From the IMG/VR virus record IMGVR_UViG_3300019752_000004, positions 1 to 64,000 of that record: a stretch of 64,000 nt of DNA; one strand, written 5' to 3'. This stretch comes from a virus. Under the pieces are notes generated by a model, which made no database searches, was not told the DNA's origin, and saw only the letters and a program-made list of their open reading frames with translations. Position numbers and translations under genes: made by a program. Of the stretch, positions 37,943 through 47,550 are shown piece after piece. Within the stretch, counting starts at the first letter, position 1, and each line of letters starts with the position of its first letter.

Positions 37943-40590
37943 TATACTATTACTCCATTGTCTGAAAATGCTAACCAGTTTGTACCATTACTATATGCTG
38001 GTTTAAGATCACCGCTATCTATAATCATAATGATACTCCCATTATTTGATGTTGCTGATGGAAAATTTGCATCAGTCGTGTCTATTGGTGTTAGTGTCAA
38101 AAGTTTTCCTGCATCTACAGTTACATCATCATTAAAACTTGATGTTGAATTTGCTGTGAGCGTTCCGTTCAAAGTGGTTCCATTAGTGACTGTGACAGTA
38201 TCTTTTAATTCTACGTCATCATTAAAACTAGCGGTTCCACTGACTTCCAGTCCAGCATTAGCATTTACTTTAGATTCAGCTTGTAAAGCAACTCTAGCTG
38301 ATGTGATTGATCCGAGTGTTACTATGGGTCCAGTATTGCCGCCTATAGTAGCCAATCTAACTACTGTACTACTATCATTGACATTATCAAATGCAAATTC
38401 TAAAGGTGATTTAGTAATTTCAATCTTAGCAGCATTTGCTGTATCAGATGTCGTTAATCCTGTATTTGTTAATGTGCCACCATCAACACTGTCACCACTT
38501 GTTAAAACTAGATTCCAATCACTACCGTCCCATCTGTATGTTAGGTCTGCGTCTGTATCAAACCATATATCACCTTCAACTAGTGTGATAGTCGGGTCAT
38601 TCTGTGGGTCTGTAGTTCTAAAGTATGATGTAGATTTACCATTGTCCAAATCATTGAGGTTAGCAAGTATTGGACCAATATCACTATTATCAATAACCCA
38701 TTGACCGTTATTGCGTATATACAAACGGTTTTCGTCGCTGGTATCAACCCAGTAATCACCTTGATCCCCTATAGGCGGCTCAGTAGATGAGTAGAATACC
38801 TGCACGTCACCATTTAGTGCTGCAGCGGTTTTACTAAATTCATCTAGTGCCCTGATACTGTTTTCATATCCCTGTAGTGATTTAGTTGCAACCTCGTTTG
38901 CATCCGTATTGCCCACAAGTTTAGTGTCATTAGCAATCTTTCTGATAGTGATTCCAGTAGCCGCAACCCATACACCAGCTTTATAGATCATAGGGTCATC
39001 AAGAGATTCAGGAAACCAGATGTCATTCGTTTGCGGTTCATTTGGTTCAACCGCACTTGTAAAAACCTGTTTTGTTCCACCACCTACAGCACCAATGTCT
39101 GTAATTGCAAATGAAATAGTAGGGTTATCATCCTGTATCCAACCATCTACAGTTCTTTTGTACTGCACAAAATTAGCTTGATCAGCCGTGTCAACCCATA
39201 TTTGACCAATTGATGGATTTACTGGTTCGCCGTCCTGAATTGACAATGTTGTAGGTGCACTACTTCGTAACAGCGCATTATCAATACCAGATGTAATAGC
39301 AGATGCTGGACTACCACCTAATTGACTTGCATTGGTAGCAAATTGAGAATTTTGAATCCAACCCTGTGCGACACCACCTACACTGAGTTGACCTATGAAT
39401 GTTGGTCCTATAAAACCAACAGATTCAGCTTCCACTTCAAAAGATTTAGATTTAATATTATATCTGTTTTCTACTGTTGTGAAATAATTTAGACCCACAT
39501 ATTGATGTTTAACCATCTTGGCAATTGACACCATATCAAGTACAGATTTAACTGTTAGTGTCCCATCATCTGCAAATTCCTGATAACTACCTGTTCTGTG
39601 CTGGTGATTGATGCGTGTGTTATTAGGTGTGTCATCAATCTCAATTAGATGACCAGACATAGATTGAAAAACTCTGTTGAAAGGATAATCTGATGGTCCT
39701 ACTGTTTTTTCACTAAATCCACTCTGATCAATCTCCTTATCATAGTTAACAAGTGCATCCTCTTGTCTAGGGAATCTGAGTGATAATACACGACTTCTAT
39801 CAAATCTTCTTACATTTACTGCATCACTCTGATTGCCGCCTAATATCCATACACTGTTTTCATCCCATTTTGTCAGGAACCCTACGTGACCTTGCCAAGT
39901 CGTGTTACCTCGTGTAATGACTATAATAGCACCGAACACATAATCAGATTCGGCACCCCATTCAACCCATGAACGTGCAGCTGCACTACGTGTGCCCTGA
40001 ATAGGTGTCTTACTGTTTCGCATAACCCAGTTTACGAATGCTGAACACCAAGGTGTATTATCATCACTAGCATTTAACAATGTCTCATCATGATATCTTA
40101 GAATCTGTGGATTGCTGCCATTGACAAATTCTTTTACACCACGTTGTGAATATGCCACATTCATCCAGTCGCTTGGATCAATTTCCACTTCATCCAATTC
40201 AACTGTATTTGATTCAACTGATGTCTGGTCTTCATTACGTCTACGCTGTGAATCAATAATTTCACCACGTGCACGTGCATTTACATCATGTTCACCTGTA
40301 GTCTGATTAAAACCATGATAAACAGCTAATACCACTGGTTCCTGTTTATCATCACCATCTTTAAAAAAGCATATTACTGTACTACCCACTACAATGCCAT
40401 TAGGGGACCAACCAAGCCCCCTGAATCCAGCATTATTAGGTGATATACACACTGTAGACCATCTAAGAGCCTCTGTAGGTATATCACTTCTACTCTGTGA
40501 GTGTACACCATATACGCGCACACGAACCCTACCAGCCTGTAGTGGGTCATCTACGTCTTCTACTATACCGAAGTACAAATAATCTATCAT
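37942..40590 (-). CDS. gp5: baseplate hub/spike (T4 gp5-like) with TIGR02594 peptidase-like domain and fibre-like C-terminal extension
   Basis: OB-fold FGIVEDVDDPLQAGRVRVR; TPWCSAFVNW..GHVGF..LGGNQ; YPFNRV..SGHLIEIDDTP; four EP..P..GD.W.DT-like repeats. Confidence 0.9.
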   Translation of the reverse strand: MIDYLYFGIVEDVDDPLQAGRVRVRVYGVHSQSRSDIPTEALRWSTVCISPNNAGFRGLGWSPNGIVVGSTVICFFKDGDDKQEPVVLAVYHGFNQTTGEHDVNARARGEIIDSQRRRNEDQTSVESNTVELDEVEIDPSDWMNVAYSQRGVKEFVNGSNPQILRYHDETLLNASDDNTPWCSAFVNWVMRNSKTPIQGTRSAAARSWVEWGAESDYVFGAIIVITRGNTTWQGHVGFLTKWDENSVWILGGNQSDAVNVRRFDRSRVLSLRFPRQEDALVNYDKEIDQSGFSEKTVGPSDYPFNRVFQSMSGHLIEIDDTPNNTRINHQHRTGSYQEFADDGTLTVKSVLDMVSIAKMVKHQYVGLNYFTTVENRYNIKSKSFEVEAESVGFIGPTFIGQLSVGGVAQGWIQNSQFATNASQLGGSPASAITSGIDNALLRSSAPTTLSIQDGEPVNPSIGQIWVDTADQANFVQYKRTVDGWIQDDNPTISFAITDIGAVGGGTKQVFTSAVEPNEPQTNDIWFPESLDDPMIYKAGVWVAATGITIRKIANDTKLVGNTDANEVATKSLQGYENSIRALDEFSKTAAALNGDVQVFYSSTEPPIGDQGDYWVDTSDENRLYIRNNGQWVIDNSDIGPILANLNDLDNGKSTSYFRTTDPQNDPTITLVEGDIWFDTDADLTYRWDGSDWNLVLTSGDSVDGGTLTNTGLTTSDTANAAKIEITKSPLEFAFDNVNDSSTVVRLATIGGNTGPIVTLGSITSARVALQAESKVNANAGLEVSGTASFNDDVELKDTVTVTNGTTLNGTLTANSTSSFNDDVTVDAGKLLTLTPIDTTDANFPSATSNNGSIIMIIDSGDLKPAYSNGTNWLAFSDNGVIV

Positions 40591-40607
40591 ACGTTTTCCT
40601 TAAATCA

Positions 40608-40790
40608 TTATTTATTTTGAATATTGTCATATTCTTCTTTCAGACGCTGATATAATAATTTTTGATGAACATCGAAATGCCACGGCAACATATTATTATA
40701 TTCTGTTAGTGTGAAATTGTGACGGATCATAATCTGTGAATTTTTAAAATAATCAATCAGTGTCTTACCTTCAAAAATTATCTGAAAACC
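40608..40790 (-). CDS. gp51-like baseplate hub assembly segment, probably expressed by -1 frameshift from gp26
   Basis: FQIIFEGKTLIDYFKNSQIMIRHNFTLTEYNNMLPWHFDVHQKLLYQRLKEE..*; no ATG/GTG/TTG before the conserved part; overlaps the gp26 end in the -1 frame. Confidence 0.65.
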   Translation of the reverse strand, partial: GFQIIFEGKTLIDYFKNSQIMIRHNFTLTEYNNMLPWHFDVHQKLLYQRLKEEYDNIQNK

Positions 40791-41482
40791 TGTGTGAATT
40801 TATCCAGTTTGATTGTGTGTTCGTGTCCACAATTAGGACATACGAATTTAGTTTCATAGTAAATATGAGGCATTTTTGATACAAATTTCTCTACAATCTC
40901 TTTTTTCTGAATTACAGTGAGGCTGTTTAGAAATCTAATTTTAGAATCATATGTCTCATTCATCATATCATACACTTCATCACTATGAGTAACGTAATCA
41001 ATACAGGTCAAAAGCATATTGTTTTCAGTGATTTTATCCATATTCATCATTTTACCCATTGTAGGATAACCTAATTTGATACTGATACTATCAGATAATT
41101 TAATTACATCATCACCTGATTCATATTCTTTGATGACAAAATCACCGATTTTAATATTGCATTCAATTGTTTCATTGCATGGTTGACCATCTACATCATT
41201 TTTACATCTATATGGCGCACGAATGACTTCACCAATACTGATTTCTCTAATTTTTAGAAACAAATATTCTAGTGCGAATAATGGAATTGAATCTACATCA
41301 AAATCTTTTTCAATCACACATTCTTTAGTAATCTGTCTGACTGCATTCATTTGATCTTTAAATTCACCATCCTGTGCCTGTAGAAAGATTGATTCCTGTC
41401 CTACAGTGAATCCAGAATAGTTAATTTTACCAATATATTTGTTGTTTAATAATTTAGTTTGTTTTGGAAGAGTTGGTAACAT
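40778..41482 (-). CDS. gp26: baseplate hub subunit (T4 gp26-like)
   Basis: MLP.L, FTVGQE, LEYLFLKIREISIGE, CPNCGHE; late promoter CATAAATA on the minus strand at 41501-41508. Confidence 0.88.
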   Translation of the reverse strand: MLPTLPKQTKLLNNKYIGKINYSGFTVGQESIFLQAQDGEFKDQMNAVRQITKECVIEKDFDVDSIPLFALEYLFLKIREISIGEVIRAPYRCKNDVDGQPCNETIECNIKIGDFVIKEYESGDDVIKLSDSISIKLGYPTMGKMMNMDKITENNMLLTCIDYVTHSDEVYDMMNETYDSKIRFLNSLTVIQKKEIVEKFVSKMPHIYYETKFVCPNCGHEHTIKLDKFTQVFR

Positions 41483-41556
41483 ATATTATCTCCTTTATCG
41501 TATTTATGTCTAGAAAACGAACACTAAATACCTACAAACGAAAAGGAGAAATGAGA

Positions 41557-41940
41557 ATGAAAATTAGTAAAAAATCTCATGAAATTATTAGATATTGTAA
41601 AGAACAGTTCAATGAAATGGAAATTGAACATAGTGACAACAGTGTATATGAATTATTGATTGGTCCAGAGAATACATTCCTTATCACGTTGTCTAAAGAC
41701 ACAGCATACATCTCATTCAGCCTGAAATGCGATCCTAGCTTCTCTGCTGTCATAGGTAATATGCTGTGTCCAAAATTTAATTTAAACATCACAGAACCCC
41801 ATATAACGACAAAAACTGGTATGGTGGCTTATGGTAGAGATGCTTATACTGAATTAAATGTAATGAGAGCTGATGAATATAATGAAGCTGTGAAAACTTT
41901 AATTCAGAATCAAATTATTGAAAATGCGATGGAGAAATAA
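41557..41940 (+). CDS. hypothetical protein
   Basis: AGGAG RBS; ORF track. Confidence 0.65.
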   Translation: MKISKKSHEIIRYCKEQFNEMEIEHSDNSVYELLIGPENTFLITLSKDTAYISFSLKCDPSFSAVIGNMLCPKFNLNITEPHITTKTGMVAYGRDAYTELNVMRADEYNEAVKTLIQNQIIENAMEK

Positions 41941-42099
41941 ATGGAAACTGAAACTACATATTTTAAAATGGAATGCAGGGCTTGCAGACAACATTATTTT
42001 CTGGTATATGAATGTGATGAAGATGAACATGATGATAATAAATCTATTTGTTGTCCATTTTGTAAATCAGAAGCTATTGAAACACTGGTTGAAGAATAA
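41941..42099 (+). CDS. small Zn-ribbon protein (52 aa, below ORF-track cutoff)
   Basis: METETTYFKMECRACRQ...CCPFCKSEAIETLVEE*. Confidence 0.7.
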   Translation: METETTYFKMECRACRQHYFLVYECDEDEHDDNKSICCPFCKSEAIETLVEE

Positions 42100-42665
42100 T
42101 GATTGTAGCAGGTATAGATTATAGTATGAGTAGTCCAGCTATTTGTATTATAGACACTGAAAAACAATCATTTGATGATTTTAAATTCTACAATACTATT
42201 AAAGGTAAAAAATATTCTGGTATATATAATAATATTAGGATAGATGAGACACCAGCTAATAAAACATTTCTAAATGACATTGAAAGATATAGTTATCTAG
42301 CTAAATGGACTGTCAACATTTTAAATAAAAATAATGTTGACAAGGTTATATTAGAAGGTTATGCTATGAACGTAGTGAATAAAGGTCTTATATTTAATAT
42401 TGCAGAGAATACAGCTATATTAAAGTATATGTTATTATTAAATGGTTATGATAATATTTACACACCTGCACCAAAAGAAGTAAAAAAGTTCTTTACAGGA
42501 AGAGGTAATGCTGATAAACATGAGTGTATAGAAACCTTTGAAACTAAACATCATGTCACTATGCGTAAACTATTAGGTATTACTAAGAAAGACCCTAAAC
42601 CGATTGATGATCTAGTAGATGCGTCTGCAATTGCCGAATACGGCATAACTCTAACAGGAGAATGA
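42099..42665 (+). CDS. RuvC-like Holliday junction resolvase
   Basis: AGIDYS, VILEGYA, VKKFFTGRGNADK, DDLVDA. Confidence 0.82.
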   Translation: MIVAGIDYSMSSPAICIIDTEKQSFDDFKFYNTIKGKKYSGIYNNIRIDETPANKTFLNDIERYSYLAKWTVNILNKNNVDKVILEGYAMNVVNKGLIFNIAENTAILKYMLLLNGYDNIYTPAPKEVKKFFTGRGNADKHECIETFETKHHVTMRKLLGITKKDPKPIDDLVDASAIAEYGITLTGE

Positions 42666-43157
42666 ATGGATAAATTTGCACTTGACAAGAATTTCATTTT
42701 ACAGTATTATAAAAATGATCCAGCTTTTCTAGTACGTATATTAGAATATAAAGTTGATTTCCGTGACATCATGAATGTCATTCTGGAACAGGATACTATT
42801 GAAGAACAGATTGAGATTATGAAAATCTGTAATGTGTCGCCACTGTTCCGTAAACTTACAAAGTCCATCCTACCGAGAAAGAATTTTCTCGTCAAAACCA
42901 AGAATATGAAAGATGATTTCGTATTCGACACCCAACAGCATACTACATGGTATGCACTTGCACGTGATATTCATCTGTATGAAGATATTGGTGAATATAG
43001 CGTAGAACAATCACAAAATCATTTACATGAAAAACTTACCGCTATGGGCGAGTATGAAGGTAATTACATACTGGGATTTATCCTAGGGGAACAATCAGAC
43101 ACACGCATCACAGATCAACTACTGATTGAGTGTGGTGTCATAGACCCTTGGGAGTAA
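42666..43157 (+). CDS. hypothetical protein
   Basis: ORF track; AGGAG RBS. Confidence 0.7.
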   Translation: MDKFALDKNFILQYYKNDPAFLVRILEYKVDFRDIMNVILEQDTIEEQIEIMKICNVSPLFRKLTKSILPRKNFLVKTKNMKDDFVFDTQQHTTWYALARDIHLYEDIGEYSVEQSQNHLHEKLTAMGEYEGNYILGFILGEQSDTRITDQLLIECGVIDPWE

Positions 43158-43163
43158 TAGTAT

Positions 43164-43406
43164 ATGCCTTTATATGAAGCTTATTGTCCATGTGGGAACA
43201 CAGAGGATTTCTTTTCTAGTGTGACCGAACGTCATGCAGATGCAGAGTCACTTGTGTGTTCTGACTGTGGTAAAAACATGTTATTAGGTTGTGGAAACGC
43301 TGCTATTATCGCTGGTGTAGCAAGCGCATATAGCAAGACTCCACAGGATTTTCGTGATCTTATGAAGAAGATAAATAAAGACCATAGGGGGTGTATGGAC
43401 CTATGA
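43164..43406 (+). CDS. FmdB-family zinc-ribbon protein
   Basis: MPLYEAYC.CG...CSDCG...F.DLMKKI. Confidence 0.8.
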   Translation: MPLYEAYCPCGNTEDFFSSVTERHADAESLVCSDCGKNMLLGCGNAAIIAGVASAYSKTPQDFRDLMKKINKDHRGCMDL

Positions 43407-43633
43407 TTAAATCAGCAGATGAAATATCAAGAGAAATAATTCTGTTATCACAGGATTCTGGCGATTCAGTTTTCAGTTGCGTCATTGATGTTTTTGAAAA
43501 ATATCAGATTGATCATATTGATGCACTCAAATTTTTGACACCTCAAATTCTGTCTGTGTTGGAAAACGAGTGTGCTGAAAAACGTATGATTGATGCAACC
43601 CCTGTAAAGTCTTTATTCGAGATGTTAAAATGA
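43403..43633 (+). CDS. gp33: late transcription coactivator (T4 gp33-like)
   Basis: Size, weak sequence pattern and position between FmdB and gp32. Confidence 0.6.
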   Translation: MIKSADEISREIILLSQDSGDSVFSCVIDVFEKYQIDHIDALKFLTPQILSVLENECAEKRMIDATPVKSLFEMLK

Positions 43634-43855
43634 AATATTTAATACGTAATTATTTTAGTGAAAAGTTTCCTAATTATGATTGTGTAGAAGATAATGAAAT
43701 ACAGTGTGGTGTAACAGAAACCATACAAATTCCGTCTAGCAAAAACTATATTACAGTGTTGTACTGTGTGTGTAGTAAAACTATTAGTTACAAAATAATT
43801 CAAAACAAGCAAAAACTATGGCTATAAGCCAAATGTAAGCAAAAAAGGAAAACTT

Positions 43856-44851
43856 ATGAACTTGAACAAATTGAGAACAATGCAGGGCAAAGGTACAGAC
43901 GCACTTAAAAAACGTTTGGAAAAGGACGGTCAAAGTGGTGGATTTAAAAAGGATGAACGCATCTGGAAACAGAGTCCTAATAGCAAAAATATCTGCGAAT
44001 GTCGTATCAGACTTCTGCCTATCCCTGCTGTAGATTTTAAGGGTGTAGAAGAAGGTAAATGGGAAGAAGATGATTTGACACCAGCAGCAAAGATTCAATC
44101 TGTATTCTTTCGCTCAAGCTCTAATCAGGTGTATGCTGAGAATTCTTTGCAGACGTTCGGTGAAGATGATCCTGTACGTGACATGGATGGACCTAACTGG
44201 GCTATCGCCAATGAAAATGATGATGAAGTGTTGAAAAAGATTTTGCGTAGAAGACTTCCACAGCACAAATTTTATGCAAATGCTTTGATCATCAATGATA
44301 GCACAAATCCAGAAAATAATGGTCAGGTTCGTCTTTTTGAATTCGGTAAGGCTATTTACAAAATCATTGAAGAAGCCAAAGAACCTGAATTTGCAGATCA
44401 GGAACCTATTGATGCCTTTTGTCCCTTTACTGGTGCAGACCTCATTCTTAATATTAAATATGAGAATCGAAAATTTAATGGTAACGATTGTAAGGTACCA
44501 AAGGATTTTGCTAACGTTAAATTTGATACACCTAAACCATTGTGCGATGGAGATGAAGAAGCTATTAAAGAGCTTTGGGAAAAATCATATTCTATCATGG
44601 AATTTTATGACCGTAAAAACTTTAAAACCTATGACGAACTTAAAAAACGTCTGATGAAAGTAATGGATTTGGATGAAGATTTGAAACCTAAAGGACTCGC
44701 ATCTAAATCTACTGGTTCTAGTCTTGAAAATGATGTCAAGGAACGTCCTGCACAGGTATCTAAACCTAATGATAATGAAGCAGTCAATGAAACTCCTGTA
44801 GAACATACAGAAGATAATCTTGATGATAGGCTTGAAAAACTGTTAGGATAG
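43856..44851 (+). CDS. gp32: single-stranded DNA-binding protein (T4 gp32-like)
   Basis: DERIWK, IRLLP, ENSLQTFGEDDPV, NPENNGQV.LFEFGK, FKTYDELK, acidic tail. Confidence 0.93.
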   Translation: MNLNKLRTMQGKGTDALKKRLEKDGQSGGFKKDERIWKQSPNSKNICECRIRLLPIPAVDFKGVEEGKWEEDDLTPAAKIQSVFFRSSSNQVYAENSLQTFGEDDPVRDMDGPNWAIANENDDEVLKKILRRRLPQHKFYANALIINDSTNPENNGQVRLFEFGKAIYKIIEEAKEPEFADQEPIDAFCPFTGADLILNIKYENRKFNGNDCKVPKDFANVKFDTPKPLCDGDEEAIKELWEKSYSIMEFYDRKNFKTYDELKKRLMKVMDLDEDLKPKGLASKSTGSSLENDVKERPAQVSKPNDNEAVNETPVEHTEDNLDDRLEKLLG

Positions 44852-44873
44852 ATTTAGAAATTAATTCATAAAA

Positions 44874-44955
44874 GTTGTTGACAACGTTTTTAAAGGTGTG
44901 TATTCCTGTATTTGTGAGCAGGTGATACACACCTTTTACTTTAACAAAATGGAGA
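44874..44955 (+). repeat. Repeat family A copy with a family-B-type 3' end
   Basis: Family A hairpin followed by TTAACAAAATGGAGA. Confidence 0.88.
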
Positions 44956-44960
44956 ACATT

Positions 44961-45356
44961 ATGGAACTTGAAGTTGTCATTAACAAATGTTATGGTGGGT
45001 TTGGATTGTCTTTGAATGCGGTTGTAAAATACTTAGAATTATGTGACCAAGATTATTATATATACCATGACAATCATAAGATCGCTGATTTGAGTGGTCA
45101 TATTGGAAACGATGCAGACATGTACATTGTATGCACAGAGAATCATGGTGAATATATCTCTAACTCAAAAGTATTATCGGTGGATGTATTCAATTATCAT
45201 ACAATCAAAAGAACTGATAAAAATTTGATACATGTTGTGAGAGAGCTTGGAGAAATGGCAAATGTCAACGGATCAAATTTAAAAATTGAGTCAATTGAAA
45301 TTGATTTGGATACTATGATCACTGATCTTGATGGATATGAAAATATTAATCTTTAA
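44961..45356 (+). CDS. conserved phage hypothetical protein (VINxCYGGFGLS family)
   Basis: VVINKCYGGFGLS...R.D..LI.VV.ELG..AN...DGYE. Confidence 0.78.
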   Translation: MELEVVINKCYGGFGLSLNAVVKYLELCDQDYYIYHDNHKIADLSGHIGNDADMYIVCTENHGEYISNSKVLSVDVFNYHTIKRTDKNLIHVVRELGEMANVNGSNLKIESIEIDLDTMITDLDGYENINL

Positions 45357-45431
45357 AAGTGCTGATGAAATTGAACGTGTAACAGCTTTGTACGAAAGTA
45401 TTTAACATTCACCCTGTTTATAAATATCTAC

Positions 45432-45926
45432 ATGAGTAGAAAATATAAACAGGGTGTTTTTGTACCTAAGAACCCACAAAAATATAAAGGCAATGTTAAT
45501 AACATCATATATCGTAGTTCATGGGAACAGATAGCTTTTAGATTCTGCGACCAGACTACAGATGTTATATGGTGGCAAAGTGAAGAAACTGTAATCGAAT
45601 ATATTTCACCAGTTGATAATAATTCTCACAGATATTATATGGATATCACTATGTGTGTAAGACAAGCATCTGGTAAAGAACAGGTGTTCATGGTCGAAAT
45701 CAAACCTAAAGAACAGACTGTATTTCCTCAGAGGAAACGGAAAAAAGAGTTGACATTTCTAAAAGAAGTTGAAACATATAGTATTAACGCAGCAAAATGG
45801 AATGCAGCTAAAAAGGTTTGTGAACGACATGGATATAAATTTTTAATCTGGACACAGGATCATCTATTGCCTAAAAAGCCAGCTAGATTAAAAAGATTTA
45901 AAAAACCTGTTGACAAACGAAAATGA
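45432..45926 (+). CDS. gp4: head completion nuclease (T4 gp4-like)
   Basis: PKNPQKYKG, YRSSWE, WQSEE, HRYYMD, VEIKP, N.AKW.AA; TATAAATA at 45419-45426. Confidence 0.92.
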   Translation: MSRKYKQGVFVPKNPQKYKGNVNNIIYRSSWEQIAFRFCDQTTDVIWWQSEETVIEYISPVDNNSHRYYMDITMCVRQASGKEQVFMVEIKPKEQTVFPQRKRKKELTFLKEVETYSINAAKWNAAKKVCERHGYKFLIWTQDHLLPKKPARLKRFKKPVDKRK

Positions 45927-45982
45927 GTTGAATATAACTGGATTCATGGAAGGCAAAGATTTATAAACTTAACAAAATGGAG
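45901..45982 (+). repeat. Repeat family B divergent copy (early promoter plus RBS) overlapping the gp4 3' end
   Basis: TGTTGACAA-...-TATAACT.GA.TCATGGAAGGCAAA...AACTTAACAAAATGGAG. Confidence 0.8.
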
Positions 45983-47537
45983 TTCGTGATGGAAAAGGCA
46001 TTTATTATTGTACGTGTGGTTGACAATCTCAGATGGAATGAAACAACAAAATACAACCAGTGTGTTATGTTGGATGAAGAACTTGCCAATAAAAAGTGTG
46101 ATGAACTGAATACAGAAGCACGGGTGCATAATGCTGGCAATGGTCATGTTAAAAACAGTTACCGTGTAGAAATCGTTAACGTGGAGAAATAAAATGAAAC
46201 TGTATGGATTGAGACATAAAGAAACTGGGGTAATCCTCCGTGTTATTACACCACTTCCACAGGACCATTATTTAACAGTTAGACCAATTGGCGGTGTATG
46301 GGCTACACCTAACTACGATGATGCACTTTATGTGGCTAATAATGAAAACTTAGAATTTGCAGCATGTCCATACAATAGACCACAAAATGGTTATTGTGGT
46401 TACCTCGAAGTTGTTGAACTTGAAATCGTGGAGAAATAAAATGGAAGTTAAATACGCATTGGATAAACGAAATTTCAAAATTATCAGTGGCGAATATCGT
46501 GAGGAAACCGTTGGATACGTTAGAGAGTTCTACCTTGGAAAAACTCAGATTTATGGTGTGCCTATTTTTGACACAATGGAACAGTTATATGAGCATTATA
46601 ATACACTTCTGGCATCTGAGAAACACCGTGGTGAACTGATTATAACTGAAGCAGCGTCTAACATGGTCAAACTTACTAAATTGTGTTTCGGCAATGATTC
46701 TGTTCTTTAAACCTCATACAGACCATTATATTGGTCACAATAAAGGATATTAAAATGAAACGTAAACTTGAGATTGGTGATTCATTTATTGATAGGTATG
46801 AAAATGGTTACATATTCTCTGGCATCGTTGGTGGTAGTGTATGCCTTACTATGATGCTTGGAACCGTACCAGTTCCTTTATATTTCAAAGTCAATGAAAT
46901 GCACTATTACCGTGATGTATTTATTGTAGAGTCTGATACAGTTGATGGTGAAACATATGTGTATGTAGAGATGCACAAATAAAGGATATTGAAATGAAAC
47001 CAGTTGTAGGAAAATACTATTACATCCGAATTGTTGAACTTTCAGAAGATGTTCTTGATTTAACTACATTCACCACATACTGTTTTATGGTAATTGGTTT
47101 CATGGGTCCGTTAGGGACTCTCTATTTAACATCAGAGAAAAAGGTTGGTTTCAATGACTAAAGACACAGAAGTAATTTCAGAATGTGTACAGTTGCTTGA
47201 TCTCAATTATGAACGTGAATTTCTACTCAGTGAGTTGAATAAACACCTGACACATCCACTCGAAAAAGAACATGTAACATACATCACATCTAATAAAGAT
47301 TTGGATAGAAGACTGACAAACCAATGGCAGACGTTTTTAGAAGTTGTTGATGAGTATATTGACACCTATGATCTTAGATATGAACTTGAAACCATCAATG
47401 GTTTTGACTGGATGCTTGTATTTTATCAAAACCTCTATCTTTTTAAAATTTATAAGAAACCACAGGATGTAGACGCATCTAATTATATGGAAGAATTCAT
47501 GTTGAATCTAATCAAGACTTCAAAGTGTGGTTTCTAA
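45977..47537 (+). other. cluster of small early hypothetical CDSs (45977-46192, 46194-46439, 46441-46710, 46755-46982, 46994-47161, ~47154-47537)
   Basis: Coupled ORFs with repeated junction motifs. Confidence 0.65.
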
Positions 47538-47550
47538 CATAAATAGGGAT

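Noticed and set aside
37958-38704. 248-aa plus-strand ORF
   Set aside because: Antisense shadow of the gp5 C-terminus; no RBS or motifs
43800-43855. T4 gene 32-type autoregulatory pseudoknot
   Set aside because: Only a short TGGCT-ATA-AGCCA hairpin and an A-rich leader are visible; a pseudoknot is not supported
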